DNA of 64,000 nt from Auanema rhodensis. Its lineage: Eukaryota; Animalia; Nematoda. Within the stretch, counting starts at the first letter, position 1. Every line of letters starts with the position of its first letter. This document shows, piece after piece, positions 61,901 to 64,000 of this stretch. The notes under the pieces were generated by a model. It ran no database searches. It saw nothing but the letters and a program-made list of their open reading frames with translations, and was not told where the DNA came from. The position numbers and the translations under genes are program-made. The stretch is taken from positions 18,042,001 to 18,106,000 of the forward strand of contig OZ059897.1 of the NCBI GenBank assembly GCA_964057225.1, given 5' to 3'.

Positions 61901-64000
61901 TATACTACATTGAGAAACGCTTAATACAAAAATTAGTTATAATCGTTTGAAAAATGATGCATTAGTGTATGTTGAGTTTCCATGTACACTCAACATTGCT
62001 TCCAAAAACATTTTGACAAAAATTTTTTCGAAAAATTTCAAAATAATTTAGCAAAAAGTAGATGTTTTTAGATTCCATTTTTCAAGGCAAAGACGATGGA
62101 CAATGTTATTCAACGAAAAAATTAATTCTTCAGGGTGAAAATCGAGGATATAAGTGTGAACTTATATCAGTTGATATCTCGGTGCATTTTTAAGCTAGCG
62201 CAAATCTGATAACACAGATCGACGCAGCTTAAAAATCCGCATCGAATGCACTATACTACATCGAGAAACGCTCAATACAAAAATTAGTTATAATCGTTTG
62301 AAAAATGATGCATTAGTGTATGTTGAGTTTCCATGTACACTCAACATTGCTTCCAAAAACATTTTGACAAAAATTTTTTCGAAAAATTTCAAAATAGTTT
62401 AGCAAAAAGTAGATGTTTTTAGATTCCATTTTTCAAGGCAAAGACGATGGACAATGTTATTCAACGAAAAAATTAATTCTTCAGGGTGAAAATCGAAGAT
62501 ATAAGTGTGAACTTATATCAGTTGATATCTCGGTGCATTTTTAAGCTAGCGCAAATCTGATAACACAGATCGACGCAGCTTAAAAATCCGCATCGAATGC
62601 ACTATACTACATTGAGAAACGCTTAATACAAAAATTAGTTATAATCGTTTGAAAAATGATGCATTAGTGTATGTTGAGTTTCCATGTACACTCAACATTG
62701 CTTCCAAAAACATTTTGACAAAAATTTTTTCGAAAAATTTCAAAATAATTTAGCAAAAAGTAGATGTTTTTAGATTCCATTTTTCAAGGCAAAGACGATG
62801 GACAATGTTATTCAACGAAAAAATTAATTCTTCAGGGTGAAAATCGAAGATATAAGTGTGAACTTATATCAGTTGATATCTCGGTGCATTTTTAAGCTAG
62901 CGTAAATCTGATAACACAGATCGACGCAGCTTAAAAATCCGCATCGAATGCACTATACTACATTGAGAAACGCTTAATACAAAAATTAGTTATAATCGTT
63001 TGAAAAATGATGCATTAGTGTATGTTGAGTTTCCATGTACACTCAACATTGCTTCCAAAAACATTTTGACAAAAATTTTTTCGAAAAATTTCAAAATAAT
63101 TTAGCAAAAAGTAGATGTTTTTAGATTCCATTTTTCAAGGCAAAGACGATGGACAATGTTATTCAACGAAAAAATTAATTCTTCAGGGTGAAAATCGAAG
63201 ATATAAGTGTGAACTTATATCAGTTGATATCTCGGTGCATTTTTAAGCTAGCGCAAATCTGATAACACAGATCGACGCAGCTTAAAAATCCGCATCGAAT
63301 GCACTATACTACATTGAGAAACGCTTAATACAAAAATTAGTTATAATCGTTTGAAAAATGATGCATTAGTGTATGTTGAGTTTCCATGTACACTCAACAT
63401 TGCTTCCAAAAACATTTTGACAAAAATTTTTTCGAAAAATTTCAAAATAATTTAGCAAAAAGTAGATGTTTTTAGATTCCATTTTTCAAGGCAAAGACGA
63501 TGGACAATGTTATTCAACGAAAAAATTAATTCTTCAGGGTGAAAATCGAGGATATAAGTGTGAACTTATATCAGTTGATATCTCGGTGCATTTTTAAGCT
63601 AGCGCAAATCTGATAACACAGATCGACGCAGCTTAAAAATCCGCATCGAATGCACTATACTACATCGAGAAACGCTCAATACAAAAATTAGTTATAATCG
63701 TTTGAAAAATGATGCATTAGTGTATGTTGAGTTTCCATGTACACTTAACATTGCTTCCAAAAACATTTTGACAAAAATTTTTTCGAAAAATTTCAAAATA
63801 GTTTACCAAAAAGTAGATGTTTTTAGATTCCATTTTTCAAGGCAAAGACGATGGACAATGTTATTCAACGAAAAAATTAATTCTTCAGGGTGAAAATCGA
63901 AGATATAAGTGTGAACTTATATCAGTTGATATCTCGGTGCATTTTTAAGCTAGCGTAAATCTGATAACACAGATCGACGCAGCTTAAAAATCCGCATCGA
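34969..64000. repeat. 351-bp satellite, block 4 (about 83 monomers)
   Basis: Uninterrupted head-to-tail monomers to the window end; local higher-order periodicities. Confidence 0.99.

Noticed and set aside
27374-63893. Repeated 63-aa and 75-aa ORFs in the satellite
   Set aside because: They arise only in monomers where a SNP removes a stop codon; most monomers are closed; no protein features

Overview
Eukaryotic, almost certainly nematode, DNA (40-48 nt GT-AG introns with TTTCAG-type acceptors, a serpentine chemoreceptor gene). About 40 kb is a highly homogeneous head-to-tail 351-bp satellite (roughly 115 monomers) interrupted by three clean insertions. (1) Maverick/Polinton A, 6120-19328 (AGTAG...CTACT termini, 6-bp TSD TATGTT). 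It has intact integrase, packaging ATPase, minor and major capsid, protease and accessory genes. Its pPolB is reduced to a 14-codon C-terminal stub (TLPYGY) and replaced by a TIR-bounded cargo module carrying an apparently intact 7-exon Srh-like GPCR. (2) Maverick B, 20587-26505 (912-bp TIRs, TSD TCAGTT), a related family containing only a 9-intron pPolB gene truncated exactly at the TIR. (3) A DIRS1-type tyrosine-recombinase retrotransposon, about 30546-34971, with ITRs, ICR, a fused Gag-RT-RNaseH-MT ORF and a YR ORF that lacks an early ATG and can be joined in frame to Gag by a predicted intron. All protein assignments come from motif recognition and manual splicing; no searches were run.
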